From Neoconidiobolus thromboides FSU 785 (lineage: Eukaryota > Fungi > Entomophthoromycota), in contig MU626331.1 in NCBI GenBank assembly GCA_025603075.1, forward strand, positions 31,758 to 95,757: a DNA stretch of 64,000 nt. Reading direction: 5' to 3'. Made by a program: the position numbers and the translations under genes. Below are positions 24,120-36,953 of this stretch, in pieces; positions within the stretch are counted from its first letter, which is position 1; every line of letters starts with the position of its first letter. Under the pieces are notes generated by a model that saw only the letters and a list, made by a program, of their open reading frames with translations, ran no database searches and was not told the DNA's origin.

Positions 24120-25692
24120 TAATTTTTTTAGCAGATAAATGAAAAACTTATTGTATCTATTTTTACAAAATGATATAGATAAAGTAATAATTAAAATAAA
24201 TATAATTATTATGCTGATAACTGTAAAAGTGAAGCCAACTATCGTATTGAAGTGTCCTAAGATTATGGGATATATTATATTATGATGCCTATGTATCTGC
24301 TGTTAAACTCAATTTAGGTTGTATAAATATTTATCGCATATATTTTATATGATCCTTAGTTATATTATCTTTTACAAAAATAAATAAAGTTTAAATATTA
24401 TAAATAAAAACCAAACAACAAGCATATAGTTTAACAAAATAATTATTATATATGTATTAAATAAAAACATATTTATAAAAGTAACGAGACAACTGTTGTT
24501 TACAAATTTGAAAACGGTAAAAGATTTAAATTTTTATCTTTTACTTTAACTTTTAAATGTGTTAATGAATATAAATAATTAGAGCTTTTTAAAAAGATAA
24601 TTGGCATCGCCTAAGTAAAATATTATTAATGAAACATAAAAAAGCTATAAAGTTTTCATTATATAAACCTAGAATTCAAATTCAAAACTACTTTTTAATG
24701 ATATGGATGTGACTTTTTTTGCTTATGAATTTCATTACGATATCTACTTAATGGTGGTCGAAAAGTAGAATAATTAATGAAATTAAAGAAGACATTTCCA
24801 TATGTATTAAATTACGATAACTTGAGTATAAGATTCATTTCAAATAAACAAGCAAGTCTAAAGACGTCTAAAACAATAACATAGTTAAACGAAAAACGTA
24901 TTTATAGTTTATAAAAACCCAAGGATCAGATAAGTGGATACTAATAATATTTTCAAAATGTTTAGCATATTAAGGAAAGTGATTTATTAATGAAAAAAGG
25001 TTTAAAAAAACTTGAATGTGAAGTCCAATCAGAAAAAAGCGGATAGGTAATATGGCTCAAATATATGGTAAAGTAATAATGATTATAGCTAGAGGCCCCC
25101 AAATCAATGGTTAAAAAGCGAATAGCAGTCTGACATATCACTCCTGGGGCTAAGTGTGACCTAAAAATAGACTTTTTGCTTTGAGTTTTTTTCGGCCTAA
25201 ATGATTTAAATATAATTCTTTAAAGACTAAAAGTATGCCACTCTTGTCACAGTCTTTCTAATAACATTCTAACTTGCTTTTTAATAGGCTTTGACTATAA
25301 AGGTCTCGAATTTTATAGACCATGCTCTAAGGTTACCTTAATTTTATCACTAAAATGTTAATCGTAACAACTAAAACATTTAAAGGTATTAACTATTAAC
25401 TTAAAAAAGGAATTTGTTAATTTGGTAAAACGATCTGGCTTTAAGTTTAGTATTTTATATTAAAAAAGCAATCAAATAGATTAAAAAGTAAACTGTGATA
25501 TTTTTGGGGCACTAAATTAAGAATAAACTACAAAACTGGATGGATTGCAAAATAACTTATGAATAGATGTTATAAAATGAGTTGATTGGAAATTGTGTCT
25601 TAATTCAAAAGTTCAAGGTGGCTATAATAACAATTAGTAATTAAAAATAAGTCAAGGATTCTTTTTCATTAAAAAAGACAATATTGAACAAC

Positions 25693-27345
25693 ATGAATAA
25701 AATAACAAAAGGTGATAAGTTGCCGAACAGATGTGATAATTGTAGTAGAAAGAACATAGGTTGTGATAGGATGCAACCAAAATGTCGAAATTGTATCAAG
25801 AGTAAACTTGAATGTACATTTCAAAGACCCATTAAAAAAATAAACAAACTACATTATATGGATAAAAATTTAGTTAAGTTTAGTGTTTCTATAAATAGTC
25901 GTATGGTTAAAGATACAAATCCAATATTTAATATATATGATACTATACAAAACAAATATGCCTTACATAATATTTTAGTTATGTTGCAATACCCTAGTCC
26001 ATTTCAGATAAGTAGTAATGTATGCATTGTAATGTCTCTAGTTAAAAGTATCCAATGCTATAGACCTAAAGCTAATATAGAATTAAATGGGTTAATCACT
26101 TTTAAACTAAATGAGCGTTTCAAAATAGATTTATTAAATAGGGCGTTATCAGAGTTTGAATTATATAATAGGACACAGTTAATGTTATTTCATCCTCGAA
26201 ACATCAAGTTAAATGAAAGATCTGAGATATTAGTAGATATTATTTATTTATTTGGACTAACAAAATTAGAGTGTAACAAAGAAATAATAAATTATTATGA
26301 AAACAAAGTAAAAAATCATTATTTAAATTTGATGAATATTCGACCAAGTTTGGATAATTTACAAGGTTTTTTAATTGTATTATATGGATTAAGACAATAT
26401 CGTTGGATAGATAAAATCAATTATTCGCTTGTCGGCTGGATTTTACGTGTTTCTCAAATTTTAGGACTTCCTTTTAGTAAAAGAAAACACAAGAAATATG
26501 TTCAATTAGAAAGACAACTAGCTTATAATTTATTGCATCAATTATTAGGAATTTTCAGTATCAATTCTTTCTTTTTTAGTGCAGTTCCATATAAATGTAA
26601 AACTCCATGTCTAGATTTATATATCTCTTTTTCAATTCATTTTGATTCTAATATAATAGGTAATTTATTAATATTTTAATATTTTAATATTCAAAGCTTA
26701 TAATCATTTATAGCTAATTTAATCTTTAATGACTTCATTTCCGAATTTAATAATATTTGCTTTTGTTTAAGTCAAATCAAATGTAATATTTATGAGACTA
26801 AAGAAGGAATTGAAAGTTTAAAACAAAGCATTTTACGGTTATTAAAGCGAGAAGATAAAATTCATAATCAATACATTGGTTTATTAAATCAGTATTGTAA
26901 TAATGAAACTTATTTTACGGCATGTATCAATTTATATCATTATTATATATCTTATTTCATTCACTCTATCTTATTCTTTAACGCTACTGATTCTCCTACT
27001 TCGACCATGGCCTATAAATTAGAATTATACTGTGGTATTTCACAAAGAGAATGGATTATACGAACCCTCGACTTATGTTTACAATGTCTAAAGTGTTTCA
27101 TCGATTTACCTTTAAACAATAACTCTTTCTTTATTTACGCCTTTATAAATCAACCCATATTATTTTTATTGAGGTATAAAAGTAAGCTTAATTTATCAAA
27201 AGATAACGTTAGACTTTTGAAGTATAACCAAGCATATGAGTTATGTAAGCAAAAGTTTTTACAAATTATACAGAGCCCTTTTGATAATGTTTATGCACAA
27301 TCGAACTTGAGATTAATTGACACAATGCATTCATTAACTTCTTAA
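25693..27345 (+). CDS. Zn(II)2Cys6 transcription factor 1 (exons 25693-26659, 26714-27345; ~532 aa)
   Basis: CDNCSRKNIGCDRMQPKCRNCIKSKLEC zinc cluster. A 54-nt GT-AG intron containing a stop joins the ORF-track pieces at 25684 and 27007 in frame. Confidence 0.88.
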
Positions 27346-27407
27346 TTTGCTAAAATATAACATATATTTATATCAATCTAAATTTACTCTTTATCTATTT
27401 TAAATAA

Positions 27408-28303
27408 TTATAATTTAGTTTTATTATTGTTTAAAAAATTGAATAATAAGGTAATCAGATTAATATCACGTGGCATATCATTATGGTCCCCAAAATTATC
27501 AACAACCATATGTACTTTGTTAAATTTTTGTTCCATTAATTTATTAAGGAAATTATAGCCTTGATCATTTGGTAATAGAGTATCAGTATTAGAATGGACA
27601 AGTAAAAATTCTTTATCGAAACAATCTAACCCGTTATTTCTGTTATTAAATTTAATAAATTGTGGTGAATAGTTATCCCATCTATCTTTATCTTTACCAA
27701 AACAAAGCTCAATAAAAGCATCCTTATAGCCATCATTATATTTCACTAATAAACTAATATCAAGTACTGAAGCAAGTAACATTAAACCTTGCACTTTCTT
27801 TAATAATTGAACATCATCTTCGTTAATATGTGGGTAATATGTAAATAAATCTAACATAATCATCGAAATCATAAAGCCACCAGCAGAATGACCAGCCAAC
27901 CAAACACCTTTATATTTCAAATCCAATTTTAATACATGTAATATTCCATTTAATGCATCATTCAAGTGAGTTGGATATCTTACATTATTTTCAAAATCAG
28001 TGATACGATATTTTAATAATACGAAGTTAATTCCCAACTTACTTAATGTTTCTCCCATAAAGAAGAAATTACTACTTTGATCCGTTACCCAGCCACCGCC
28101 ATGAAGTAAAATAATTAAGGGTTGATTTGGTGCTCCATTGAATATATAATAAGTTTGATCTATTTCATTTCCATACTTTCCATCTGGATTACGTTCAATT
28201 CCTCGAGTTAATATACTGTGATTATTTATTTAAATAAAGCTATTAAATTTAAATTCAACACTTACTGAGGTTTACTTAATAATCTTTCACTTTTAGCATC
28301 CAT
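27408..28303 (-). CDS. Alpha/beta hydrolase, arylformamidase (AFMID/BNA7)-like, paralog 2 (exons 28303-28266, 28215-27408; ~281 aa)
   Basis: Oxyanion motif LLHGGGW, nucleophile AGHSAGG, acid HSNTD and His motif GDHND, with a GT-AG intron near the start. Confidence 0.9.
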
Positions 28304-28998
28304 TATTTTTTTATTTAATTTAATTTAATTTCTTTCAATTTCTTTCAATTTTTTATATCCCTTTTTTATATATTAGTTCTTTTCTGGTTTTCGAATTTGA
28401 ACCTATCAACTTTGGTTTCTTGCTTTGCCTTTTTTGGTTCTTAAAATCCCTAACCCTTACAAATTATTTACATACTATTTATGTTATTATAAATAAATAG
28501 TAATAATAAAAGTTTAGAAGTTATTGTATATATTTGTATCTTTTTCAGCCATTTATTACAAATCGTATTGTATTTGTTTTTAAAAATCAAGTTACATGAA
28601 CATGCTACCAATTTTACAATATATAATCAAAGAGTCAATAGTTAAGTTCTAATTAAATAAAGTAAACATTATTTAAATAGCTTTAATTAATTCATAAAGT
28701 ACAAATGAAAATATAACCCAAACCCACTTTAAAAAAATTCTTCAAAATCTCGAACAAGCCATTGACTCTCGAGTATATTATTTGATAGTAAACTGTGGAA
28801 GTAGGGAGTGGGAGTTGAAGCTAAAGAGAAAGAGCTTGTGAAGTTCGAAAAAAGAGGTGAAGTAAAAAGATAATCATGAGGTTAAGAGTTTTATTTTTAC
28901 TTTAATCTTTATATAGATTATTTTATAGTAGAAATTCTAACGTTTTTCCCTTCTAAACAGTTTATTTATCTTGGAATAAAGTTGAAAAGGTTAAAAAA

Positions 28999-29072
28999 TG
29001 TTTCCGTCCAGATTCGAACTGGAGACCTTCTGTGTGTTAGACAGATGTGATAACCAACTACACCACGGAAAC
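28999..29072 (-). tRNA. tRNA-Val (AAC)
   Basis: Acceptor GTTTCCG/CGGAAAC, anticodon arm TCTGT-CT AAC AC-ACAGA, T-arm TCCAG-TTCGAAT-CTGGA, T6 terminator immediately after. Confidence 0.97.
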
Positions 29073-29414
29073 ATGAAGATTGATATAATAATAGTAAAAC
29101 AACTATATTTATATTGCACGATTATAATTAGAAGAGTTAGTGTTTAATAAACCTTTGACGCTCAACTTTTTTGGTAGGATCCCATTTAGGTATCTAGTTA
29201 GTTTTTATAATTAAAATAAGCAGACATCTCTATCTATATAGGAGACTACTATTTGTTTTTGATTTCAAAAGCTGCTACATAAAGTAAATAAGTATTTAAA
29301 TGGGAATTTTATGAAATTGTAATTAATAGCCTTTCCAAAACTCAAATTAAATAAAATGAATTGATTCATAATTTTATTGAATGTTGTAATTTTATAACAG
29401 TCAAGGCAGCAAGC

Positions 29415-30708
29415 CTATAAACTTTTCATGAAATTTGATATCATGGTATTTTCAGAATCAGCTGTAAAACGAGAAGCTTCTGGATCATTATTAGTCATAG
29501 AAACCGTAGAAGATTGTTCTTCATAATCAAGATCAACTATAAAAAGATCATTAATCAATAGAATAAATAATAATAATATAAATTACTATCTTTTTTAATT
29601 CTTTTACTAATAAAATATTTATACTTTAATTTCAAATAAATCTTTTTAATTGCTGAATGAACTGTTGGATCACAACAAAAAGCAATAAAATTTAATGTAC
29701 CAGCAAATGGTAATACTATTAATGACCATTGATCTAAAGCTAGATTTTCGCCCTTATTAAGATCATAATAATATTGAGAAATAATACCAGGAAATTGAGT
29801 AAATACCATAACCAGAGGATATAATAAACTAAACTAAAAGTAAGTAAGTGATGAATAGAAAATCATATTAAATGTACATTCTATAAGCTAATGTTTTAAC
29901 ACTATTTTCTGCTCTTTTAGAAGCTTCAGTGCCTCGAAAATATTTATATTTCTTAATTAAACAGGCATTTTGATTTAATCGTAAAATTACAATAATTACA
30001 ATAACAATTAAATAAATCATACATATCGATCTCCATATTTGATTAGCAAATAAATCTAGCATCTTGCCATTAAACTCCCCACTTTCGTTATCTGCAATAT
30101 AACATCCATAATAATCACTATACCCTAATTGTCCCAAAGCTATACAATTATTAATATGACTAAAAAAGTACTACAAAAATAAATTACCTAATGGTGGAAT
30201 TGAAAGAATCAATGAAAGTGTTAATGGAATTAACCAATACATAGCTTCCATTTTTTTAGTAATTATTTGATTATTTAAAAATACTAATTGAAGATTGATA
30301 GCAATTGAGACATTCAAAAAAGCATAGAATACATTGAAAAATAAAGCTAAATAACCACGAGTTGTACAAGAGGCATTTGCTCCAGCTGGTGATATTGATC
30401 GCCATATTGCTCCGCCATGTAGCCATACATCATATACTGATAGCCCAGTTTGTAATCTTAAAGATACTCGATCTACTAATCGTCGATTATAAAGGGCTAT
30501 TTGAGTATTAGATTAATATTATAATAAATTATGTGTTAAATAGTAAATAGTAAATAGTAAATAACAAATAATAATTAAATGATAATTAAAACTTACATAA
30601 GATTACCATAAATAAAATGACCAAAAAAGCTAATGCTAGAGAAATTTTAGATACTGTTGGATAATATTTAGTAGCTAGAAAGATGGCAAATGAACTTGGT
30701 TGATCCAT
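29415..30708 (-). CDS. Seven-transmembrane cAMP-receptor-like (CRL/Git3-type) GPCR, 5 exons
   Basis: Spliced product has repeated hydrophobic helices and the motifs VDRVSLRL, AINLQLVF, YWLIPLTLSLILSIPPLALGQLG and RILLYPLV. It ends FMKSL-stop after a fourth intron. The ORF track shows only two exons. Confidence 0.8.
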
Positions 30709-32676
30709 TATTCTACTATTTATTTTTCAGAGCTTGATTATTTTATTAGTTTCTATTTACTCATTTATATACAATAAAGATGGGAATAATGAGAACAGAA
30801 AAAGCCACCCGTTTTATTTATTTTCATACATATATTGAAATGCTAGTGTAAAATTTATATGCATAATTAATAGTAAATTAGATTATTTGTTCTATCAAAA
30901 ATTACAACATCAATATAAAAAATTAGATTATTTCCGACTTTTTATTTATTTGTTCTTTTGATTAATATTGAATGTATAATTGTAACTTATTTTGTTATAA
31001 TAGATTGATTTGAATGAAGTTTGATCTATATAAATAACAAAATATCTTAAATAATGGTAATAATAATCTATATTTAATTTTAATAAAAAATAATAATAGT
31101 GAATTTATTAACAAATAAACATAGATTTTTTCTTAAAACAAAATTTCTAATATTTGCAAATAATAATAAATCCAATTCTTTAATTATAGCAATAAATTAC
31201 TCAATATGGAATTAAATTTTATGTATGAACTTTTAATTTGTATTATTTTATATTATCATTGAACTTTACTTTTTTCGATGCTTTCAATTCCAATATCCTT
31301 TTTTGATACAAGACAAAGGATGCTTATTATCTAAAAAATGGTATATTATATTGATTATTTCAATCTAGGAATATATGAAAATGAACTTTATTTTTATTGA
31401 TTGCGAAAAGTAGTACAAACAGTAATTCTATTTTTGGTTGAACAATGTCTAAGCTATCTAAAATCATATAAAGGAATTTATAAATACCTTTTTATGTTTA
31501 TTTACAATAAATAAAATGCTATAAAGAACTTTATAATATTAAAAATTAAAAAGGAAAGTATAATAAAATAAATACAAATATGAAAGACTTATCAATCAAA
31601 TACAATTTTATACTGATTGTAATACTTTATTAAAATAGAATTAAAATAAAACAATATAAAGTTTGTATATTTATTTCACATTGTTAATTTTATCTTTTAC
31701 TTCATTTTATCTCTATAGTAAAACAATTTCAAAATTAGTTGATTTGTTTAAAGCCTTAAAATCCTTAAAAATTAGAAATAAAAACACAAAACAAAAGTAT
31801 TTACTAAAATAATAATGTTAATAATAGTTTGACAAATTAAAATATTTCAAAGACTAAAAATGTTTAAAAGTTATATTAAAAAAGGAAAACTATTGTTACT
31901 TTTTTTTATTTAGTTAAATTATCATAAATGACTTAAGTGCATTATAAACTTATTTAGCCATTAATTATTATCCTACCATTTCTAAAATATCTGAAAAATT
32001 AGCTCTAATAATAGTATTATTTAAAATAACATACTTTCTTATTAAACATTGTTTTCCTTAATAGCTATATGAAAGTTGGTGCTCAGTGGTTAGAGTTAAA
32101 AGCAGTTTTTAATTAGCTGTAAGTCAAAGGATCTTAGCTTATAATTAAGATAGACTTAAGTTATGAAGAATGGCACGTAATAGACTATGGACTATGTAAG
32201 ACAAATGGAATAGACAATACTATTGTAAAGTCTACGTAAAATACTATCAGAAAAACTTAGTGGCTTTATTGAAGGTACAATACTAGGAAATAATTCAATA
32301 ACGAATCCTTGGGTTATTATACTGAAGAATCTTTTTTATACCCTAATTAGATGACTATATATAAGAAACATGATAACACTTATTCCTTATTATAGTTACT
32401 AAGTATGGACATTGAAATGAGAAGATAATGTCCTTTGTAATTAGGTGGTAGATATTTTCACAGGCAATCAAATTAAAGAATTCTGAGTTAATTGTATCAT
32501 ATGAATTACAGTCAAATTAATTATAAGACTGTAGTTAGTTTTGTAAGCAAGTTAAGTGATTATTATGTTATGACTAATCATAGAAACTGATAAAGGAATA
32601 TTTACAGTTATTTAACATTATAAATTAATAAATGAACTTTTTTAGAGATTAAAAACAGGCATATTTATTGATAATA

Positions 32677-32764
32677 TATGGGAGTGTTTTTTTAACTTCA
32701 CTACTTTTTCCATTTTTTAAGCACTATTTAAGCGGAAAATTTAACCTTATTTTTTAATTTCCAT
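32677..32764 (-). mobile_element. MITE-like element, copy 6 (one end decayed or shortened)
   Basis: tatgggagtgtttttttaacttcactactttttccattttttaagcactatttaagcggaaaattt, then a shortened tail. Confidence 0.75.
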
Positions 32765-32973
32765 GTTTTTTTAAATATATTAATTGCATTAAACTTTTAA
32801 TTAATATTTAATTTATTATATTTATTAATTGTAATATTTTATTACTTTTCTGATATAGTTTTATTTTGTTTTATTATAATTTTATAAACAAAAAAACGTA
32901 GTTTTAAATTGATAATTATTAAAGTTATTATTATTTGCTAATTTATTAATTTTTAAATTTTTAAATTGAAATA

Positions 32974-33077
32974 TAGAAGGATGTATTTTTGGGTTCATCA
33001 TTTTTTTGATTTTCTAAGTGTTATTTGAGTGGAAAGATTGTTAGTGAAATTCTTAAATAAAAAAATACATTTCTATA
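32974..33077 (-). mobile_element. MITE-like element, copy 7 (decayed)
   Basis: aggatgtatttttgggttcatc ... ttatttgagtggaaagattgttagtgaaattcttaaataaaaaaatacatttctata. Confidence 0.7.
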
Positions 33078-33120
33078 TATTTATAAACTTTTACTAATTT
33101 GATTTAAATAGCTAGCATTG

Positions 33121-33169
33121 TATATAATATATAATATATAATATATAATATATAATATATAATATATAA
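33121..33169. repeat. (TATATAA)7 microsatellite
   Basis: Seven consecutive perfect 7-bp units. Confidence 0.9.
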
Positions 33170-33500
33170 TATTTTTATAATTAAATAAAATTAAGTTTAA
33201 TATTTATTTCATTATTGATCCTTTTATTATTTAACCCTTTGAGTACTAATATTTATCTCAAAATAATTTTGTTCAATTAGATCATAATTTCTAATTATTA
33301 TAAAGCTGGATTCGTTTTTGAAATTCAATACTTAGAGAATTAATTTGATTAAAATCATACTTAAATAATACTCATCCTAGTTAAATTTTAATCTACAAGA
33401 ATTTAGTGAACATTATTGTTCATCCATAGTACTCAAATAGTTAATGATTTTCTAATAATGTATTCAGTATAAAGATTAAAAATTAAAAATTAAAAATTAA

Positions 33501-33605
33501 TATGGGGATGTACTTTTGTATTTAAGAGTTTTACTAACAGTTTTTCTACTAAAATAGTGCTTAAAAGATGGAAAAAATAATGAAGTCAAAAAAAACACCC
33601 CCATA
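33501..33605 (+). mobile_element. MITE-like element, copy 8 (well-preserved TIRs)
   Basis: tatggggatgtactttt ... aaatagtgcttaaaagatggaaaaa ... aaaaaaacacccccata. Confidence 0.85.
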
Positions 33606-34063
33606 TACAAATAAAAAATGTGTTAATGATAATTTTGTTGCTATTAAATTTTATTTTTTTAAAGGGGTTTTGTTAAATTACAATTAAAGCGATAATAGTA
33701 TCCTTTCTATTATTGGATTTAGCTTATTACTTAGCTTTTAAGATCAGAAAGTAAAGTCAATGAAAATAAAATAAAAACAACTTTAATTTTAGTATTAATA
33801 ATTCTTTAAAAAAAGGACAAAAAGTATATTGACTTGAATTATTAGTATAGTTTCTATTCTTAGATGAAACTAATAAGTCATTTGGTATATAAGACGCCGA
33901 AATTAAGAAACTAGTCATAGTGGAAGTAAAAGGTAACTTGCAATTAACTTCATTAATAATTTAATAACGAATCCGAATTTTTCAAAAGGATCTTATCAAA
34001 TTCTAATTAATGCGATCTTAATAATTTAATATTATAATAAATCATTAACTTAAATTTATAACT

Positions 34064-34155
34064 TAAAGGTGTCTTGGTTTCATCACTTTTTGCATTTTTT
34101 AAGCACTATTTGAGCGAAAAAATTGATAGTAAAATTGATAAAAGATGTTTCTACC
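34064..34155 (-). mobile_element. MITE-like element, copy 9 (decayed)
   Basis: aaaggtgtcttggtttcatcactttttgcattttttaagcactatttgagcgaaaaaattgatagtaaaatt; the far end is uncertain. Confidence 0.65.
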
Positions 34156-35011
34156 TACTCAAATTTACAATACACTGACTTCAGAAAACAAGTAACTTAA
34201 TATAACACTACTTTAATTCTTTTATAGGTTTTCTAATGGTGATCTCTATAATTAAATTATCTAATATACTAACTTTTTTAAAGCTTAATCCTTATATTTA
34301 TGTCAATTGATATAGATTTTTTAAATAAGTGGTTGATTAAATTGCAAAACAGTTGCAAAATTGTATTAAGTCTAATAGTAATTCATCCCAGTTTTTTTTA
34401 GAGATTCTTATTGAATTTAAATAAACGCGATCATCAGTACCCTTTCTATTACTGGATTTCACTAATAATCCGTTCCACATTATAAACTACTAAAGATTAA
34501 TATAGAAAAATCAAAAATCAACTTGTTTTATTTTCAATGTCAAAATTTGTTAATATGCGTATTCAATTTATTACTAATTTTAGTAAGTTTCAAAAAATTT
34601 TAATAAAATTTAAAGATTATTCTTTTAATTAGTATTAATGAACCTAATGAAATTATATTTACAAAAGAATGAGAAATGAGTGTATTTGTTAAGTAATTAT
34701 ATGATCAAGTCGTAAGATGAATTACAAGTTGATAATGTAATTATAAGTATTAAAGTATCTTAAAAATGGTAATTACCGTATGATAATTTATAAATTAATA
34801 ACAAGTGCGATGAAATATATGACCAAAATAGTTTAAGAATAAATTAGGGTAAATTAACTGATTCTATTATTTCTTTTATATTAAAATTTTTAATTTAAGC
34901 ATTTCAATCATTTAAAAAATAGACTGAAATAAAAAAACGAGCTTTATCCTTTTTTTAACATTTTCTTCTTTCAACCTTTCTTTTTAAATATTTACTTCAT
35001 CATCTACATCC

Positions 35012-36781
35012 ATGTCTATTAAACAAATTATACTAACCAGCAGTAACAATTATAATACAACAACAACAAGTAATAAATTAAGTTATCGTTGTGATCAATG
35101 TAATCATCGATGTATAAAATGTGATAAAAAACAACCAAAATGTAGTAGTTGTATAGCAGCCAATATTGAGTGTACTTTATTACGTAGAATAAAAAACAAA
35201 AAGCAATTGGCTCATATACAAGGAATAATAACATTTGATTCAACAAATAAAAATAAATTAAAATATCAACAATACCAGCAATTAGAAAATATTCAATCAA
35301 ATTTGAAAACAATAAAAGATAAAGATATTGATATTATTATTAACTTAATGCATGAAATAAAAAATAAAAATATATTGTCCAATTTATTAACTTTATTACA
35401 ATATCCTAATTACTCTATACCAAATAAAGGAATTCAATTTTTATTAAGTTTATTAACTCAATTAAAATTCAAGGTTAATAATAAACAACTTAAATTAGTT
35501 ATAAAAGATATAAAATTTAACTATCACTTAAAATATAATCCGATATTATCAGAAGCAGTTAATTTATTTTTTAAATACAAAAATCAACTATTCTCTTGTT
35601 TATTAATAGAAAAAAAAGATTATAACAATTTATCATTAAATTTAAAATTGATTATACTATCTTTAGGTTTATATTATCAAAACAAAACAGAAGCAGTAAC
35701 TCAATTACTCAATTATTTAAGTCATCAATTATATTTACGTTTTAATAATATTCTTTCTATTCCACCTACATTAATTAATATACAAACTATATTATTATTA
35801 TTAAATTTAAGATGTTTTAAATGGGTGAATCAATTTTATTCTTATTTATTATATTATTGTATGTCATCAACTTATGTCTTAGGTCTTCATTTGCCAATCA
35901 AATCAACGAATATAAAATTCAAATTATCACGTCAATTAATCTTTAATTATTTAGGTTTTCATACAGCCTATACTTCCATATTAACTTTTTCTTATATACC
36001 TGTATTTGTACCCTATAAATCTAAATATCGAAGTTATCATCAATTAAAAGAAGGCTCGATTTTAACTTTATTGAGAAAGAAGGATATTGGCGATGCTGAG
36101 GGTTCAATTCAATATACTTTATTATTTAATGACTATTTAGCGGATTTAGCACCAATCTTATTGAAATGTAGTATCTTAAAAGACCAAGTTATTAAAAAAA
36201 AAGAAGATTTTAATAGTTTATTATTACAAATATTACAATTATTCAAAAGAATTGAAAAATCAAAAAAACAATATTTGAATTTATTAATTACCTGGAATGA
36301 CAATAATTCTTCCACTAAAGCCACTTCTCAAATCTTACAATCAATGCAACAAAACATTCTGATCTTATCTCATTATACTACTTTTTTTTTATATTCTTTA
36401 AATTTTTACCATTCTAATCCATTAGCATCTAAACTTAAAAAGAAATCTTTCCAGCTTATCTCTTCCTGCCTTCCACACATTAATTCCACTTACAAAAATT
36501 TATTACAATTATGTTTTTATGAAGTGAAACAAGTAATTGTGTTATGTTCTCAATTAAATGGTTACTATTTTGAACATGTATTAGTAACTATGTTAGTTCA
36601 ATGTATTGTGTTTTTAATTCGATTTCAAAAGGAAGAAGAGGCAGAATTGGAAAAGATGGAAGAAGCAATTAAATTGGCACAAGAAACAATGACAAGATTA
36701 AAACAATTTCCTCATTTAGTGTCCTTAGTTGAATATAATAATTCGTTTTTAAATCAATTAAATAAGGTGGAAATAAATTAA
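35012..36781 (+). CDS. Zn(II)2Cys6 transcription factor 2
   Basis: CDQCNHRCIKCDKKQPKCSSCIAANIEC zinc cluster in a 589-aa ORF. Shares LQYP, P(S/T)L.N.Q, LGL and RQL..N.L motifs with factor 1. Confidence 0.88.
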   Translation: MSIKQIILTSSNNYNTTTTSNKLSYRCDQCNHRCIKCDKKQPKCSSCIAANIECTLLRRIKNKKQLAHIQGIITFDSTNKNKLKYQQYQQLENIQSNLKTIKDKDIDIIINLMHEIKNKNILSNLLTLLQYPNYSIPNKGIQFLLSLLTQLKFKVNNKQLKLVIKDIKFNYHLKYNPILSEAVNLFFKYKNQLFSCLLIEKKDYNNLSLNLKLIILSLGLYYQNKTEAVTQLLNYLSHQLYLRFNNILSIPPTLINIQTILLLLNLRCFKWVNQFYSYLLYYCMSSTYVLGLHLPIKSTNIKFKLSRQLIFNYLGFHTAYTSILTFSYIPVFVPYKSKYRSYHQLKEGSILTLLRKKDIGDAEGSIQYTLLFNDYLADLAPILLKCSILKDQVIKKKEDFNSLLLQILQLFKRIEKSKKQYLNLLITWNDNNSSTKATSQILQSMQQNILILSHYTTFFLYSLNFYHSNPLASKLKKKSFQLISSCLPHINSTYKNLLQLCFYEVKQVIVLCSQLNGYYFEHVLVTMLVQCIVFLIRFQKEEEAELEKMEEAIKLAQETMTRLKQFPHLVSLVEYNNSFLNQLNKVEIN

Positions 36782-36953
36782 TTGATAAATGACGTGAGAT
36801 TCGCTTTTTTTTAGTAAAAGGATAAAATCACAAAACAATAAAAAAAAGTTCGAAATTTTGTTTAATTTTTATTTTTTGCATCTTTTTTTTGAAAAAAAGT
36901 AATTTGAATATTTGATATAGTATAAAAAATCGATTAAAATAATTGTATTATAG

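Noticed and set aside
32076-32120. tRNA-like fragment (GCTCAGTGGTTAGAG D-arm look-alike and a 5-bp stem with a TAA-centred loop)
   Set aside because: Wrong spacing between arms, no T-arm or B-box, and no acceptor stem.
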